From assembly GCF_036321535.1 (NCBI RefSeq), contig NC_087437.1, positions 53,632,001 through 53,696,000 on the forward strand: a stretch of 64,000 nucleotides of DNA, given 5' to 3'. Source of the DNA: Camelus dromedarius. Taxonomy: Eukaryota. Each line of letters begins with the position of its first letter. The stretch's first letter is position 1. Below the pieces are notes generated by a model. That model was not told where the DNA came from. It was given only the letters and a program-made list of their open reading frames with translations, and ran no database searches. Positions 60,882 to 64,000 of the stretch are shown in pieces. The translations under genes were made by a program, and so were the position numbers.

Positions 60882-62346
60882 TACACTGGCTGTAAGATAC
60901 TCAATGGGGAAAGGACAGTCTCTTCAAAAACTGATGTTGGAAAAACCATTCTGTTCACATGCAGAAGAGTGAAACTGGACCCCCATCTTAGACTACTCAA
61001 AAAAAATTAACTCGGAATGGATTACAGATTTAAACATAAGAACTGAAGCCATAAGACTCCTGGAAGAAAACGTGGAAAAAGCTCCTTGACATTGGTCTTG
61101 GCAATAAATTTTTGGATATGACACCAAAAGCACAAACAACAAAGCAAAAATAAGTGGGACTACATAAAACTAAAAGGCTTCTGCATATTAAACGAAACAA
61201 TAAACAAAATGAAAAGGCAATCCATGGAATGGGGGAAAATATTTGCAAATTATCTATCTGGTAAGGGGTTAATATTCTAAAATATATTAAGAACTCATAC
61301 AACTCAGTAGCAAAAAACAAGCAATCCAATTTAAAAATTGGCAGAGGAAAGAAAAACTGAATACGTATTTTCCCAAAGAAAATGTACAAATGGCCAACAG
61401 GTACATGAAAAGGTGCTCAGCATCAGTAATCATCAGGGAAATGCAAATCAAAGCCACAATGAGACATCACCTCACACCTGTTAGAACGGCTCTCATCAAA
61501 AAGAGGTAACAAGTGTTGGCAAGGATGCAGAGAAGGGGAACTTTTGTGCACTATTTGTTGGTGGGAATGTAAACTGGTGACGCTATTATGGAAAACAATA
61601 TGGAGGTTCTCAAAAAAATTAAAAATTGAACTACCATGGATCCAACAATCCCACTTCTGGGAATAAAAAAGAAAATGAAAACAAGACTTTGAAAAGATAT
61701 CTACACCCCATGTTCATTGCAACATTATTTCTAATAGCCAAGACATGGAAACAACCTAAGTGTCCAACAGATGAATGGTTAAAGATGTGACATATAGATC
61801 TTTATATTTTGTGTGTGTATGTGTATATAATGTGATATTATTCAGCCATGAGAAAGAAAAAAATCTTGCCATTTGTGACAACATCAATGAAACCTGAGGG
61901 CATTCTAAGCGAAATAAATCAGATAGAGAAAGGTAGATATTGTATGATATCACTTACATGTGGACTCTAAAAAAGCAGAATTCATAGAAACAGAGAAGAG
62001 AGTGGTGGTTACCAGGGCCTGGGGGGTGGGAGAAATGGGGAGGTGTTAATCAAAGGGTAAAAATTTCCAGTTATAAGAATAAGTTCTGGGGATCTAATGC
62101 ACACCATGGTGATTATAGTTAATAATACTGTATTGTATACTTGAAAGCTGTAAGAGAGTAGATCTTAAGTATTCTCACCATAAAAGAAGAAATGATAATT
62201 ATGTGATGTATTGGAGGTTTCAGCTAAGGCTATAGTGGTAATCATTTTGCAACATATAAAAGTGCATCAAAGAAATTCACTGTACACCTTAAATTTACAC
62301 AATATTATATGTCAATTATATCTCAATAAGGCTGAGGGAAAAAAAA
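57907..62346 (+). mobile_element. LINE-1 with 5'UTR, degenerate ORF1, internally deleted ORF2, 3'UTR
   Basis: ORF1-like 59332+ (KIQELSDEEFKIIVLKMLRELKEN); ORF2 start 60745 (ITLNVNG) jumps at ~60897 to late ORF2 (QWGKDSLF); imperfect TSD CAATAGTGACAA 57895-57906 / CACTAATGACAA 62347-62358. Confidence 0.88.
60839..60876. repeat. (CA)n microsatellite inside L1 ORF2 start
   Basis: Perfect CA run. Confidence 0.95.
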
Positions 62347-62642
62347 CACTAATGACAAACTCATACAACCTTTGCCACAAGCCAGGAACACTTTTATGCA
62401 CTTAATATTTTTAGTGTTAATCCTTCTAACAACTTTATGAGAAGGTACTGGTATTATTCCCATTGTACAGATAAGGATACAAGATTAATAAGACAAAGTC
62501 CCTGCTTTCAAAGGCATTTACAGAGTAGTTAAGGAGCAAAATTATACACTCACAAAAGAGTGAAGTTAACATTGTTAGGCCTAAATCTCAACACAAGTTT
62601 GCAAAAGTAGTGACACAGATGGTTTCCTATGGCTCAAGGAAG

Positions 62643-64000
62643 TGTGTCTTAGGTCACTTAGGGTCTCCTAAAAGCAGTCACTGAATTAAGGTGGGTGGTA
62701 GTGATTAAGGAATTACTCTCAGAGGAATAGATGCAAGACAGGAAAGGGGGGGGGGGCCAGCAAAGGGGCACTTCCAGGTGAAGTTCTAGCTTCAGCCTTT
62801 ATCCCAGAGATTTCTGGGGTGTAAATTGCACCTTAGTAACTGTCCTATCTAGAAGCAAGGGAATTGAGGTTTTGAAGTCCCCACTGGTGGTCAGGCCTTG
62901 GCTAATGAGGTTCCTTGCAGTTGCAGGAATGTGAAACTCCAGACACTTCGTGTCTGACAATCACATGGTGGAAGTGGTGGAACAGGTGAGGCAGCTGCAC
63001 TGCCCAAGATCAATCCTTTCCAGGTCTCAGGTTCAAGCCACTTGTTGCAAAGCACGCAGAAGCTGGGGGATGAGTGCACAGAATGTCAAAGAGGTCTGAG
63101 AGGATGTGGAGGGTGGGTCCTCACACTGCTAGGGTTCCCCCTCTTGTACCTCTTGTTAAATTCACTCCATCCCATCACAGCTTCTTCAAAATTTTGTTGG
63201 TCAGTTTCTGGAGGAAAATTTGTAAGAGGTATGTTAATGAGGTAAGCCACAGCCCTCACTATGGCAGTTGGACCTGAGATTGTACCTAAGATTTGTTGTT
63301 TTCCTCCTCCACCACCCTTACTAGAGACCACCCCATTTGCCCTTGGCTACCACTTCTGCTAGTTGAGGTGACTAGCCTGGTGAGATGACCTTCAACCCCG
63401 GGGGTCTGAGCCCCTGGTCACCATGCCTTTATCAAGCTGTGGCTCCGTAACTACTCACTGACACTTAATACTGGCCGTGGGAGTACCAAGGGGTGTCCCT
63501 GTGACCCAAACACATTCCTTCCCACCTTCGTTATAGCACAAGTCTACCTCCTCATGATGACCAGAACCAGTTTCCCCAACTGTATGCTAACTCATTTCTG
63601 TGTCTCTTGCTTTACTGACACTAAGCAGGTAGCAGCCATAGCTTTAAGTTGAAAGGGATTCTTAGGTATGCTCTGAGGAGGCATATCTGCCCTGCAAACC
63701 AGACCTTTAGACCCACAGAACCTAAGTTTGCAGGGACAAGAAGTACAAATTCTTCAAGTGGGAGTGATGGTAAGTGGGGCCACTTCCCACTTCTACCAGG
63801 TGACTGCCAGACTCACATCTCCTACCTATTGATTATGTAGGACTCCACCCTAGCAGGGTATCACCTTCAAGCTGGCATCTCAACTGTGCCTCTAAGAGGC
63901 TGATTCAACACACTGTTAGGCCAGCAGCCTCTGGATGATGTAGTATGTGGTAGGACCAGTGGCTCCCACTGTCTTGTGCCTGTGGCCACATGTCCAAGGC
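62643..64000 (-). mobile_element. ERV-L-class LTR (~62643-63080) plus degenerate internal pol (integrase/dUTPase-region) remnant, running off the window
   Basis: Minus-strand translation near 63700-63760 reads ...PLEEFVLLVPANLGSVGLKV..., like ERV-L pol (PLAEFLLPVPATL.SAGLEV); many stops and frameshifts. Confidence 0.65.

Noticed and set aside
1..64000. CRISPR arrays, prokaryotic operons or foreign inserts
   Set aside because: None seen; composition and repeats are uniformly mammalian.

Overview
Mammalian genomic DNA, most likely a camelid: the tRNA-derived SINEs resemble the Vic-1 type and the young L1 3' ends fit the same lineage. The window holds one protein-coding gene, ST6GAL1 (beta-galactoside alpha-2,6-sialyltransferase 1), on the + strand. 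It has a 5' non-coding exon ending at 13849 behind an HNF1-type (liver P1-like) promoter. Five coding exons (20144-20729, 27619-27716, 46010-46108, 47297-47471, 49475-49722; all GT-AG) join to 1206 nt, or 401 aa. A ~2.5 kb 3'UTR ends near AATAAA 52205-52210. The rest is intronic or intergenic and rich in L1, L2, MIR, SINE, MaLR/ERV-L LTR and hAT remnants; the other ORFs in the track look spurious or repeat-derived. I found no evidence of a wholly new biological system. The best leads are: Met-Pro at the position aligned to the BACE1 shedding site plus a 7-aa stem deletion, a perfect 17-bp hairpin in the 3'UTR, three abutting STAT-type palindromes, a missing AG at the apparent exon I acceptor, and two L1s that keep both ends but have large internal deletions. 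Repeat family names and orthologue comparisons are from recall, not from database searches.
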